Shown in pieces: positions 23,333-34,197 of a stretch of 36,208 nt of DNA (within the stretch, counting starts at the first letter, position 1; every line of letters starts with the position of its first letter). The notes beneath the pieces are model-generated. The model was given only the letters and a program-made list of their open reading frames with translations. It had not been told where the DNA came from and did no database searches. The translations under genes were made by a program, and so were the position numbers. Source of the DNA: Sphaeroforma arctica JP610. Taxonomy: Eukaryota. The DNA lies in NCBI RefSeq assembly GCF_001186125.1, contig NW_014039867.1, positions 1 through 36,208 of the forward strand, read 5' to 3'.

Positions 23333-24600
23333 TTACCCTGTGAGTTTTGGGCTTAGGTCCAGTAGGTCCGTGGTGGTCGACTGGACGTTTCTTGAAGGGT
23401 GAGCATTAAAGTTCGGGATAAATGCTGTAGGCGGATAAGTGTTAACTTCCGTGCCTTCAGACGATGGAAACATGCTATTTTTTTCAGCTTGTGACTTATG
23501 CAGGCGTTTACGCCATTTTCGATTAAAGGCTTTTAAATAGTCTTGATTATCGAAAGCATCTGAAGTCAGCTCAGCGATTGTACCGTCTATAAAGCGTGTA
23601 CGATAGTATGTATAGCCTCCCTTATCCGTTCTCCATATAATATCGTTAAATTCAGTACGATCAAGAGGGGCATTAGAGTCATGTCTTCTTGCGAGTATAA
23701 TCTCTGTAGTCGGAATATGACGTGTGCCTAGAACAATCGGGGTTATTTACCTCGTATGTTCCACTTTTAGTGTCTGCTACAGAGATTATGTATGGACCTA
23801 TCCATTTAGATGTTAATACAGTAGCATCGGAATTACGATGACGGATATTAACTCTGTCACCGACCTGATACTCTGCTATCTTCTTGGTAGTGTTCCAACG
23901 CTTTTGCCTTTTTAATAAGGCTATATTGCGTATTTCTCGCAAGCAAGGATATACAACGTTATACATACGTTGTACCTTCACTAACCACGGTAACTCATGG
24001 TGATCAGGTTCGTCCTTATTAAAAAATAGTGAGCGGGTGTAGTTCCTGTAACCGGATCAGCACACTCGTTCATCTGTGTTTGTACCCACTTAAGGTGTTA
24101 CGGCCAATCATCTGCATCATCCGTTAATGCAATACGCAAGAAGAACTTAAGTCTTCTATGGCGCGTTTCATTCGCGCCTTGCGTTTGCGGCTTATATGGC
24201 ACATAATACCTGGCCACCCGTGGTCAGCAAAGACTTGGCAACATAATTCTGCCACGGTCTGCGTATTCTTTTCCTTTAATGGATAGAGCAAGTTAAACCG
24301 TGACGCCACATCAAAGAAGTGGCATATGTAACGGTCGCCTGTGTGCTCGGACGTGGGCAGGTCAACCAGATCAATGATGACCCTGCGCCATGGAACATCT
24401 TCAGTCACACTCTTAAGCGGTGCGAACCCATAGCGCTTGATCTGATTGAGATCACAGTCTGTACATGACTAATATACTCTGTCAACTAAAGTTGCCAGCT
24501 TAGGGTGCGCGATCCATTTCGTTTAACATCTTTAAGTGCGTCTACTACGTTCTGGTGCTTCAGCTTATGATTTTGCGTCAGCCAAGCAAGAATGTTTTCA
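23333..24600 (-). pseudogene. Integrase: HHCC zinc finger, partly deleted DDE core, GPY/F motif and C-terminal chromodomain-like segment
   Basis: HKLKH...SCTDC; PWRRVIIDLVDLP...FFDVASRF...FADHGWP with the second-Asp region missing; YQVGDRV...KWIGPYII; EFNDIIWRTDKGGYTYYRTRF...AFDNQDYLKAFNRKW; stop at 23335-23333. Confidence 0.8.
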
Positions 24601-25039
24601 TCATTCTGCTGCTCCAGAATAAAGGTAGGGTGTTGAGAATTCACTTGCGTGGTCTCTAAGTCTGTAGTATTTCCAGACTCCTGTCTTGCTTTCGCATGAG
24701 TGTCATAAGTGTGCTCATGTACGTTAGATACACCTGACTTATTAAATAGTCGCATTATATGTGTATACGCTTCAGGATTGACTTTCATTATCCCCTTTAG
24801 AAATAAGGTTTGAAAGACCTCAGGCTTGGACTTTATGTTATTAAACAAAGTTCTAGCTAGAGACTGACGCTTCTTAACAGTAGTGTCATTAGTATATTGT
24901 ATTTCTTGTGCATAGACTTCAAGTGCTGTGTTGCCTTTGAACTGCTTAACGTTCAATTGGGTAGAGAGTGGAATCTCTGATTCTTTGACCTTGTTAAGGA
25001 AGGTCTCAGAAGGGGTCCATTTGGTTGTCCCAATGGGAC

Positions 25040-25445
25040 CTATACGACATATTATAGTATGTTTCCAGGGCGTCTTCTGGACGGCTCGGGTACCCTGATA
25101 TAGGAAAGTATCTACTTCCCTATCTAAATATATTGGCTCGCATTGTATCATGCTTATCAATTTATTGAGCCATGGATCTTTACTCCGTAATGGGCAACAC
25201 AACGTGATGGTCGCTTTATGTATATGAACATAATTTAATAGCTGGGCAATTAACTGCCATGGCGGATTAGCCCACGCATTATGTTTGGAGAGGTCTATTT
25301 GAAAGGCGTCTCCCAAAGGATGATTTAAAGTCCTGTAATTCGATAGTTGTGCATTATGATGTGCAGCAAACATATCTATGGTATGTGGCCCAAATATCGT
25401 TTGAGCCAGTTCAAACCACCTGAGATTATACTTCCAGTCAGTGGC
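25040..25445 (-). CDS. Dam-like N6-adenine DNA methyltransferase domain of DIRS type, in frame within pol
   Basis: TDWKYN..WF....FGPHTIDMFAAHHNAQL..Y.......DAF..DLS..NAWANPPWQLIAQLL.......TLCCP....PW. DMFA at 25376 is the motif-I-like SAM-binding region and NPPW at 25268-25257 is catalytic motif IV. Confidence 0.85.
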
Positions 25446-25489
25446 TAGTATCTCACGTACGGATTTATTAAAGTCCGGTACGAAGCGTG

Positions 25490-25850
25490 ATAACATATCC
25501 GGTAAATGGTTATGTATTCCTGGCAGATGTTTTATATCAAAATGAAACTTTGATATTGTATCATGCCAGCGACTCAGTAATTGTGAGTCGGGTTTCATCT
25601 CTTTCATACATTGAAGAGATTTCTGATCACACATCAGCGTAAATGCTGTTCCGTATAAGTAATCTCGGAAGTGTGTTAGAGCTGCCACTATGGCTAATAG
25701 CTCTTGTTTAACGGTTGGGTAATTCAACTGTGAAGCATTCATTGCTCGATTAAAGAATTGTATATATCTAGGTTTGTCATCTATAACCTGATATAATACT
25801 CCTCTTAAGGCTAAGTCGGAGGCGTCCGTTGCTATTTCAAACGGCACGCC
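25490..25850 (-). CDS. Ty3/Gypsy RNase H domain of pol
   Basis: FEIATDASDLALRGVLYQ...NYPTVKQELLAIVAALTHFRDYLYG..FTLMCDQKSL...RW...I.HLPGIHNHLPDMLSR. Confidence 0.92.
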
Positions 25851-26830
25851 ATCGACTGGTCCTTGTACAACAGGGGCTTGTTGGACTGCGTGCTTTGAGC
25901 GCTTTAAACGCGTCATCACACTCTTTAGTCCACAAGTCTCCTAGTTTGCCTTTATGACATCGTAAGTGTCCAAAAGGTTTAAGGTAATCAGCCAAGTGTG
26001 GTACTCCATCTGAAAAGAAGTTTACAAACCCACACATGCTGTTAACATCTCTTCCTGTAGTTGGTGTTCGCCAATCTAACAGGTGTTCTACCTTACCGGG
26101 GTCGATTTTAACACCGTCCCCAGATATACGGTAGCCTAAGAGCTGTATTTCGCTCATAATGAAGTGACATTTCTTCTCGTTAATCTTGAAGTTTTGTTCG
26201 TTGAGTCTCTTAAGGACTCGTCTGACTAATGCGGCGTGTTCGCCTGTAGTCTTAGAAAAGACGACTGTCATCTATATAGTCTTGCACGTTAGGCATGTCT
26301 GCAAACATTTCCTCCATTACTTGTTGGAAGAATGCTGGTAAAGAGTGTAACCCGAAAGGTGCACCTCTGAACCTGTATTGTTTACCTTTCCACGTAAAAC
26401 TATAGTATTTACGATGTGGTTTATATACCTGCATTTGATGATATTCGTGTGTAAGGTTTATAGTTGTAAATACTGTAGCACCTTCCATCCTTCGCAGTAG
26501 CTCGTTAATACGAGGTAAGTGAAAGCTATAAGTCGGCAAAAAAATATTTATCAGACTCATATCTAAACATACTCTGACTTTCTTAAACGATCCGTTAGAG
26601 TTATGTTGGTCTACGGCTAGCAGCGCCAAGTTTACTGGCGTTTGTTGATAGTTAATTTCTATCACTCCATCTGCTAGCTATTTCTCAACTTGTTCTTTTA
26701 CCACAGCCTCGTGTCTCCAGGATACATAGTTCCTTGAGGGACACCTTAACTGTGTAACGTCTACCTTGGTTAAGTCAAAGCTGACATACCCGTCGTTAAA
26801 ACGGAATTTTGCCCAATCTGTGATCTTTAA
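25850..26830 (-). pseudogene. Ty3/Gypsy reverse transcriptase (frameshifted)
   Basis: KVRVCLDM..IN...LPRINELL...FTTINL...YHQM...FTW.G.QY.F...PFGL...PAFFQ...YIDD / VVFSKT..EH...VLKRL...KKCHF...LLGY.IS..G...DP.K. There is a frameshift immediately after YIDD. Confidence 0.93.
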
Positions 26831-26856
26831 TCAGATCTATGATTTTGTTCGCAAAG

Positions 26857-27260
26857 TCAGGTATTAATGTCTGGCGGGGGCTTACATGGATTCAGACAGT
26901 TATCGTCTGACTGATCCTTTAATGGAAATATGCTATTTGGTAGATCAGTTACGGTTATACCTAGAGTGAGTAAATCGCTCATTCCGACTATAATGTCGTA
27001 CTTCTGTGACATCTTAACTATCACAGCTTGGGTAGTGATACTCCTATCATCGGCCAGAGAGATTTTAACATCTGTGGCCATGGTATCACACTTAGAAGTT
27101 TTATCATCAGCTAAAATGAGGTGAGTTGTTGTGTTCTTCTTTCGATATCTTTCATTAATGCAAAGCGATCGGATATACATGAAATTTCTGAACCAGGATC
27201 AATCAATGCAAGTATTTTATTTCCATTGCATTATACAGGGATTATTACACGCTCATCTAA
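26857..27260 (-). pseudogene. Retropepsin-like aspartic protease (frameshifted)
   Basis: CNGNKILALIDPGSEISCIS (Asp at 27200-27198), then a shifted frame LADDK...YDIIVGMSDLLTLGI. Confidence 0.8.
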
Positions 27261-27305
27261 AGAGTCGTTGTATTGTCTGTGTAACGATTGTACCTGGTAG
27301 TACTT

Positions 27306-29540
27306 TCACTCCAACTTAATGTCGGGAGTTTTGTCACAAGACAGAGTGTGATAGCCATTGGTCTTCTCACACTTGTCGCACTTAATAAGAAAGTGTGTAC
27401 AGGTGGATGCATGCCTGCCATTCCAATAACCGTTAGGGGTCAATTGGTACATGTCATACCCACACTGTGCGTCGGCACATTTCTTAATATCCTTAAATGG
27501 AGGTTCCTTGTCCTTCGCCTCCGCGCGTGCCCGTTTATTGGGTTGCGTGGATAGAGTGGAGTCACGAGCACGTGTATGTTGGGGTCTCTCGTTTGAGGTC
27601 TGCCTGGATACGTACCCGTGATCGGTGTGCTCCCGCGGCTTCTTAACAGCCGCTTTTCCCTTCGATGTTACTCGGTGTGCGGGAAAAAGGGTGAATACAG
27701 TATCATAAAACTGTTCCCACGTAAGTCGGGATATATGAAACTTTGTTTCATGTCCCTTGTCTCGAGCCTCAGTAGCGTGTTTACGTCGCAACTCGGTGTA
27801 CAGGCTCTCACGGTCGTTATTCCCTATGTTTTTACAGAACACGTTCATAACCAGGAACTCGTATCATCGCTGTGCCTTGTCTTTTGTTATATCTGGACGT
27901 TTCAGGTCAGCATCTAACTTCAGAATATAACTCTGAATGGGCGTGTTCTCAACTGGTCCAGTTAAAATTGAATTCAGTCCTGTGCTACGCTTGTCTTTAC
28001 TTAATAAGGATGTAATCAATCAACACACAGCTGGCCAGTCACGGCAAGTGTCTAGCTCATGCTGGTGTCGCTGCAGGATCAAGTAACTTGTAACTGTAGG
28101 GTCAAACGTCTGCATTAAAGCGGAGATCCTTTGCTGGGGAGCGATATCATTCGTCTCCAGCATGACCGTAAACGCATTAAGCGTACGGGTTAGTGTGTCG
28201 AGGTCATGGTTGTTTTTAAACTCGACCTGCTTACTGTTGGCATCCCAGTTCGACTGAAGTCGACTGATCTTTCCCTTGTACTTCTGGTTATCCCTGTGGT
28301 CTTGTCCACGTTGGGCCAGAAGTAGCTGATCGATGCGCTTTTGCTTAATCGCAATCATATTAGCAAAATATGATACATCATCAGCATGATGCGCATCGTG
28401 GGTTTTAGGGTTTTAAAACCCGATTTGTTAAGTTCGGTCACCTCGTCAGAGTGGAAATCCTCTGCGGGCTGGTGCAACGCTGTGCGATCGAAGCGATTCA
28501 ATTCGACTTCGTTAACACGTTTACGGGGGTGTCGATTACCCCTTGTAAAATCCATGGTCGAGGCCTTTCGGTGCTCTGTCCCTCGGATAGTGGTTGGTTT
28601 TATAATCTTAGGTGATTCATGCGTCTGGATAACATACCCAGTCTTAACTGGTTTCCGACGATTGTCATCCCAATTGGGTAAAGGTGGCGGAGTATTTCTA
28701 CCTGCCTCTGGGTCTATAATACTCTCAAGGTCGGGTGACTCACGGCCGGGTGTCAGAACAGGCGAGTAATTAGCCTGAAGTTCTGGTGGTAGTACCTCGT
28801 AAGGTATAGATACGCTGAGCACATCTGGCTCATATGCCCACAGGTGTAGCGCTCGAGTCTTTACGCTCTTCGGGCGTAATTGCCTGTCGACGTTCTGACC
28901 ATTTCTGTAGGGCTTCAGTAATGCCCGGTGAAACATGCTCGCGTAAGTGCTGTGTATGTTTTCCTGATCTATACAATCGATCTACATGTTCAATAGTCAA
29001 GTCTTTCATAAGGATGGCTAACTGATTCTTAAGATCAGTGTTTTCAGTAATTAGCTTACTTATGCGCGCTGGCTTAGTAGTCTCGGTCGTAGATTCGGGT
29101 TTGCTACTTGAGCTTGCCTCCTCTTCTGGTTCCGTTATAGGTTCCTTCTGAGATTTGTCCTTGTCCTTTATAATTGGGGACTCCCTTATAATTGGGAACT
29201 TTTCTTTCTGAGTTTCGTCAGAAGAATCGGTTGGGTTGTCTTGAGACGTGTCCCTTGTCTCACTTCTTGGCTTCGTAAATACAAGCTTTGAAGTTGAGGC
29301 AATAGTTGGCCTTCGGGCTCTGTCAGTGGGAGTAGTCTTCTTAATCGGAGTGGCCACATCCTTATCTGAGGCATTGTCTTGTTGACTATTATTGTCGGAG
29401 GCAAGTTCTTCGGCTACTGTGCGGTTAAACGCATCGGCAGCGGCGGCGGTTGCTTCTGCGGCAGCACTAGCGCCTTCTCTCTCCACCTTCTTCTTTTCAG
29501 CTCTACGCTTCTTAGAAGGAGTATTGTCTTTCTTGGTCAC
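27306..29540 (-). pseudogene. Gag-like ORF1, broken into 4 or more frames, with C-terminal Cys/His knuckles
   Basis: It lies between the 5' LTR and the protease. It has a low-complexity N-terminus, a helical middle region (DWPAVC; LTWEQFY) and terminal C-x4-C-x16-H-x3-C and C-x2-C-x6-H-x3-C motifs. Confidence 0.7.
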
Positions 29541-29667
29541 AATCTTAACTTATGACAACTAGCTTGTCTCTTAAGGACTAGCTTGGACAAGATTTTGTGT
29601 GTGGTAGTTAATCTACCTTTACGCTTAAATAGTCTAAGTAATTAATACCTTTGCTAACTTTAAAATG

Positions 29668-29787
29668 TGTAAGATTCGGTCTATCAAGGCAATATTAACG
29701 CCTTAGAAAAAATAAACGCGTAGGCAAATTCTAAGTATCGTGAAACTTTTAAAGTAAATAAATAAAATGAGACTTTTAGTAAAGTTA
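29668..29787 (-). repeat. 5' LTR, 3' (U5-side) portion
   Basis: TGTAAGATTCGGTCTATCAAGGC...TTTTAGTAAAGTTA matches 22425-22544. Confidence 0.92.
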
Positions 29788-29799
29788 GGGATAATATTA

Positions 29800-30273
29800 N
29801 NNNNNNNNNNNNNNNNNNNNNNNNNNNNNNNNNNNNNNNNNNNNNNNNNNNNNNNNNNNNNNNNNNNNNNNNNNNNNNNNNNNNNNNNNNNNNNNNNNNN
29901 NNNNNNNNNNNNNNNNNNNNNNNNNNNNNNNNNNNNNNNNNNNNNNNNNNNNNNNNNNNNNNNNNNNNNNNNNNNNNNNNNNNNNNNNNNNNNNNNNNNN
30001 NNNNNNNNNNNNNNNNNNNNNNNNNNNNNNNNNNNNNNNNNNNNNNNNNNNNNNNNNNNNNNNNNNNNNNNNNNNNNNNNNNNNNNNNNNNNNNNNNNNN
30101 NNNNNNNNNNNNNNNNNNNNNNNNNNNNNNNNNNNNNNNNNNNNNNNNNNNNNNNNNNNNNNNNNNNNNNNNNNNNNNNNNNNNNNNNNNNNNNNNNNNN
30201 NNNNNNNNNNNNNNNNNNNNNNNNNNNNNNNNNNNNNNNNNNNNNNNNNNNNNNNNNNNNNNNNNNNNNNNNN
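29800..30273. other. Assembly gap hiding the LINE 3' end
   Basis: N run. Confidence 0.99.
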
Positions 30274-30510
30274 AATGGAGGATATGCGCTGGGTCAATTC
30301 AGGCCGATGTTGACAAAAAACTGACACCATCGAGTGTGCCTATTCTCTTTCTGACCTACTAAATAGCGTACCCACCTCTGTGGTTAGGATCGGGTCTTTA
30401 TCGTGTAGTGCTGTGGAATGGGTTGGTGCAGAGTACGAAATGCCAAGTAGGACCAGGTTATCCGTCACAATTCGGTCGAGGAGCGAGGTTGGGGGTGAAC
30501 CGATGCCGCA

Positions 30511-33500
30511 TCAGACCACGGATGCACTCGGTATGTGCTGGTTTGCCTGTATTGGAAGTATCATAGGCGGAACCAACAGGCGCGATGAATTGGTTTGGAC
30601 CGAAATTTGGAAGTAGTACTTCAACAGCGTGATTAGCCGGGGTATAGGAAACATTTGTTGATATGTCAGAGACGGGTGTGGGTACAGGGGTTGTTCTACA
30701 TGCTGGAGAAAAGATCCAAGGTGTTCATGGAGGGTCCAGATACCGTGGAAGTCGTGGCGCTCCTGTAGTTGCTGGAGGAGATCAGGGCCAATGAGAGGCA
30801 GTTTTGGGCCTACCAGGATGCATTGGATCAGTTGTTGGATGCAGGCAAAGTGGCTGGTGGTGAAATTTTGACCACCGGGGCAGACAGGGCAAAGACAACC
30901 GTCAGTGCGGTAGTCGAGCAGTATGAACATGTACGTATTTGTTACAATCATAGCACAGAGCCGGATTGGTGTAGGCTCGAAGCAGTGGTTGAAGCTGTCG
31001 TGTCTGGCTTTGTCCCGATCTGAGGTTGGCGGTTTGCCCATGACCAATTGGTAAAAGCATTGACGCCGGGCCATTGCCGCGATCTTCTTGTTGGACCAGC
31101 GTTTCGTTGAATTCTTTCTAATGTCGTCACATCGTCGGCGGAGGGCTACATGGTCTGGTGTACGCCCGTCCGTGATTTTGTATACAGTCTTCAAGTGGGC
31201 ATAGATACTGTACGGGAAGCGCAGTGAGGGTTTGTCGTGGCCCCAGGCGGGTTGCGTCAGAGGGGTGAGTGGGTTTGTGCTGGCCATTTAGTCGAGTTGC
31301 AGTCCCAGGCAACCTCCGAGGTAGTCCGCGAATGCTCGCGTGGGGAGCAGGCCACAAAAATGGAGTAAGTTGGTTTGATGTTTGGGAAACCTAGGGTATT
31401 TGGTGCCCGTGATGATGGCTGCTGCTCGAATGAGTGCTGAGTTATAGCGCCCAAACAAGGGGCCCAGCGCATCCTTCCATATAGGTGGAGCCCAGGCAAT
31501 AATGTTCAGGCCATATGTAGCCGTGGATAAGATGAATGTTTTGAACAGCACCAGCCTGTTGCGGGGGTGTCGCCACGGAAACCATAAGCGCGGAAGGAGG
31601 CGATGTCCAGAGACAATGCTGTACTCAGGGATTCCATATGTCTGGCGAGATTTATTCTGGTATTCCGTGGGAGAGTGGGAAACCTAGGCATTTGGAGAGT
31701 TTAGGCTTGACATGTGTGGGAGCCATCTTCAGGGGTAGGTGACATGTGTTCCAAGGGGCATCTGCAAGCGTCGGCGTGATAAGCTCACCATTTATACGGA
31801 GGGTTGGTGCCGCGTGTCGCAAGTTGGTAGATCGTACTCGGGGTTTGATGACACCCTGTTTGAGGCCAGATTTGCGTCCCCAAACATCAATGTCGTCTAA
31901 AAAGGGCTGGAGCGGAACCGGTTGGGGGGCGTGGATCCGTGTGTCGTCGACAAATAAATAAAAGCGAAGGAGCTTGGGCCGGAATTGTGCTAGTGTGACA
32001 GCCAAAGAATCCATGTAGATAATAAAGAGCTGGGGGCCAACGATTGAGCTTTGTAGGATGCCATTTGTTCTATGAAATAGATGCGAGAGCATGCCGCGGT
32101 ATGTCACTCGGGTAGGGGCCCTCTCAAATAGCGCGCGGAGGCAGTTGATCCAGTTTTCGGGCATTCCAGCGTGGTGCAAGAGTACCCACAGGCGCGGGAG
32201 AGCAACCTTGTCGCAGCCTTGGTAATTTCCAGACAGACGTTGTTCCACTCCTCTTCCAACTGTGTCTCAGATTCCATGGCGGCGAGTGCTTGGGTATGGC
32301 GGGAGTATCGCGATTTGAAGCCAGCTTGGGTTGCGTAGGTAGCAGAGCCGGGGTGGCTAGTAATCAGCTTGAGGAAACACTTTTCAAATATGCGTCTGAC
32401 TATTTGCGTTAACCTTGTTAAGGCGAAAGTCGGCGGGGGAGGTGATATCTGTATCGGGCTTTATTTTTGGGTGCGCTGTCAGGAGGGTGCAGTTCAGGGC
32501 GGTAGGGAAGGTACCCGCCTTTAGTAGCTCAGTGAATGCTTCGGCAAGGAGTCTAATCAGCGGGCTATTGGCGTCCGGGCGTCCTAGTGTCCTGTGTTCG
32601 GTGGAACGCTCCACTACGTCCTTCAGAAGGAGGATGTGGATTCCGTCAGGGCCAGGCCTCTTATTAGGATAGCGTAGTATAGCCTCCATTACATCGTCGG
32701 GGCGTATGGCGGGAGTTACATCTGGCGAGGGTTCGGTATCCGGTGGAACAACGTACGGATTCGTGGAGTTGAATAGGTCCTCAAAGTAGCCAGTGAGAGT
32801 GGCGCCTGTGTCGTCGGCACCCGGTATGCAGGGTTGGCGTGGAGATCGTCGTTGGTACGCAATATCTTGGAACATTTGGGTATTGCTTTGGGCGGTCAGA
32901 CGTGGGCGGAACGAGTGGTTTGGTAGCCGTTGTACCCAAGGTCTATTTATGTTGTAGTAGAATCCCCCAAATATTTGTGGGTTAGCGGCATAGCCTTCCA
33001 CTGGAAGTAGCAAGCCTTCCGCTGGACCATGCAAGGTGAGATACGACCGTAGTAGGTTCTGATGCACCTACATTTCGGCTTGGAATAGTCGTGCGCGAGA
33101 TTTGTTGCGTAAGTGATAAAGTCGATGGCGATATCGGTTATATCCATGAGAGAGAAGGCGTTGGTCCGGAGGCGGCGGCATTGTTGGCATTTGTTGGAGC
33201 CGATGGATGTGTTCCGTTGGAAGTACCTGGATATCAAGCCCAAAGGTGTGGTCACCATAGATGCTGTAGTCTGTCAGCTTATAGGTCTGGAGGGAGGCGG
33301 AAGTCGTGAGCCGGTGATACGCATGTTCTGTACCAGTTGAGCCGCAAGCATAGAGATAGTCCAAGTGCTACGTGTTATGTAGAGTAGTTTTGGTTGTGTT
33401 CATACGTAGTCCATGAATTGTGGATGCGTGGCCATACTTACGGGCTTTAAAGTTAAAGTCGCCCCAAACGACGTCTGGTTGGAAATTGCCAATCTCGGGA

Positions 33501-33865
33501 GGATTCATGTATCTCCTGACGCCTTCGTCGGTGAGTGATTTGAGTGGGAGGTAGAACACGGCCATACGGACGCCAAAGCATACAAAGAACACCGCGTATG
33601 GCGAGGAGTGAACCAGTTTGAATTGAGATGAATGGTGTTTGGAAAATATGCCAATACAACAGTGTGAAGGTTGTAAAATGTTGTGCCGTGTTGTGTGATG
33701 TAGAATATGATAGTCTATATGATTAAGAATTGTGGTGTTATGTCAGGTTTCAACCACACACATAACATCAACCTGACTCAAAATCGATATAACGTTCAAG
33801 CACTTATCTGTATGTGCTGCATTGTCCATGTTGAGTCCTTGTGGGTTGAAGAGCGTCATCCTCAT
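30511..33865 (-). pseudogene. LINE ORF2 (APE-RT-CCHC-like)
   Basis: ATG at 33865: MRMTLFNPQGL...DVMCVVET*H; FYLP; WGDFN; LDY; GDH (APE). RPGPDGI, DFRL, QAGF, GILQSSIVGPQLFIIYMDSL, LFVDDT (RT). CPVCPGGQNFTTSHFAC. Confidence 0.9.
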
Positions 33866-34197
33866 TGGTCCTAATATTGTTCATCCTCGGTCAATACTAC
33901 TGGGCCCTGGTCCTTGTTGATGTCAGCCATTTCTATATCGTTTTGCGGTTTGTCGTATGTTTTTCTTGATATGCCTTCTGGAGCCGGTCCGTGGTACATT
34001 GGAGAATATCTGCGTTGGTGGAATTAACAAGGGGGTCCAGTAAAGCATCCATGCTACGGGCAAGAATTTTTGGTGCTCGTTCATGTGTGCAGCAGGCTTC
34101 CCGCTTGGTGCGGAGATAGTGGATTAAGGCTGCTTTCGTAGCGTCAGGATGTTGTTGGGAGCGGGGGTCTATGGTTTTATCAAATTGCCACATCCAC

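Larger units (their letters stand above)
29788..34197 (-). mobile_element. 5'-truncated, degenerate non-LTR retrotransposon (LINE with APE endonuclease, RT and C-terminal Cys/His finger) inserted in the 5' LTR
   Basis: It lies exactly between the two halves of the LTR and contains an ORF1 tail (33933-34193) and a broken ORF2. Confidence 0.88.
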
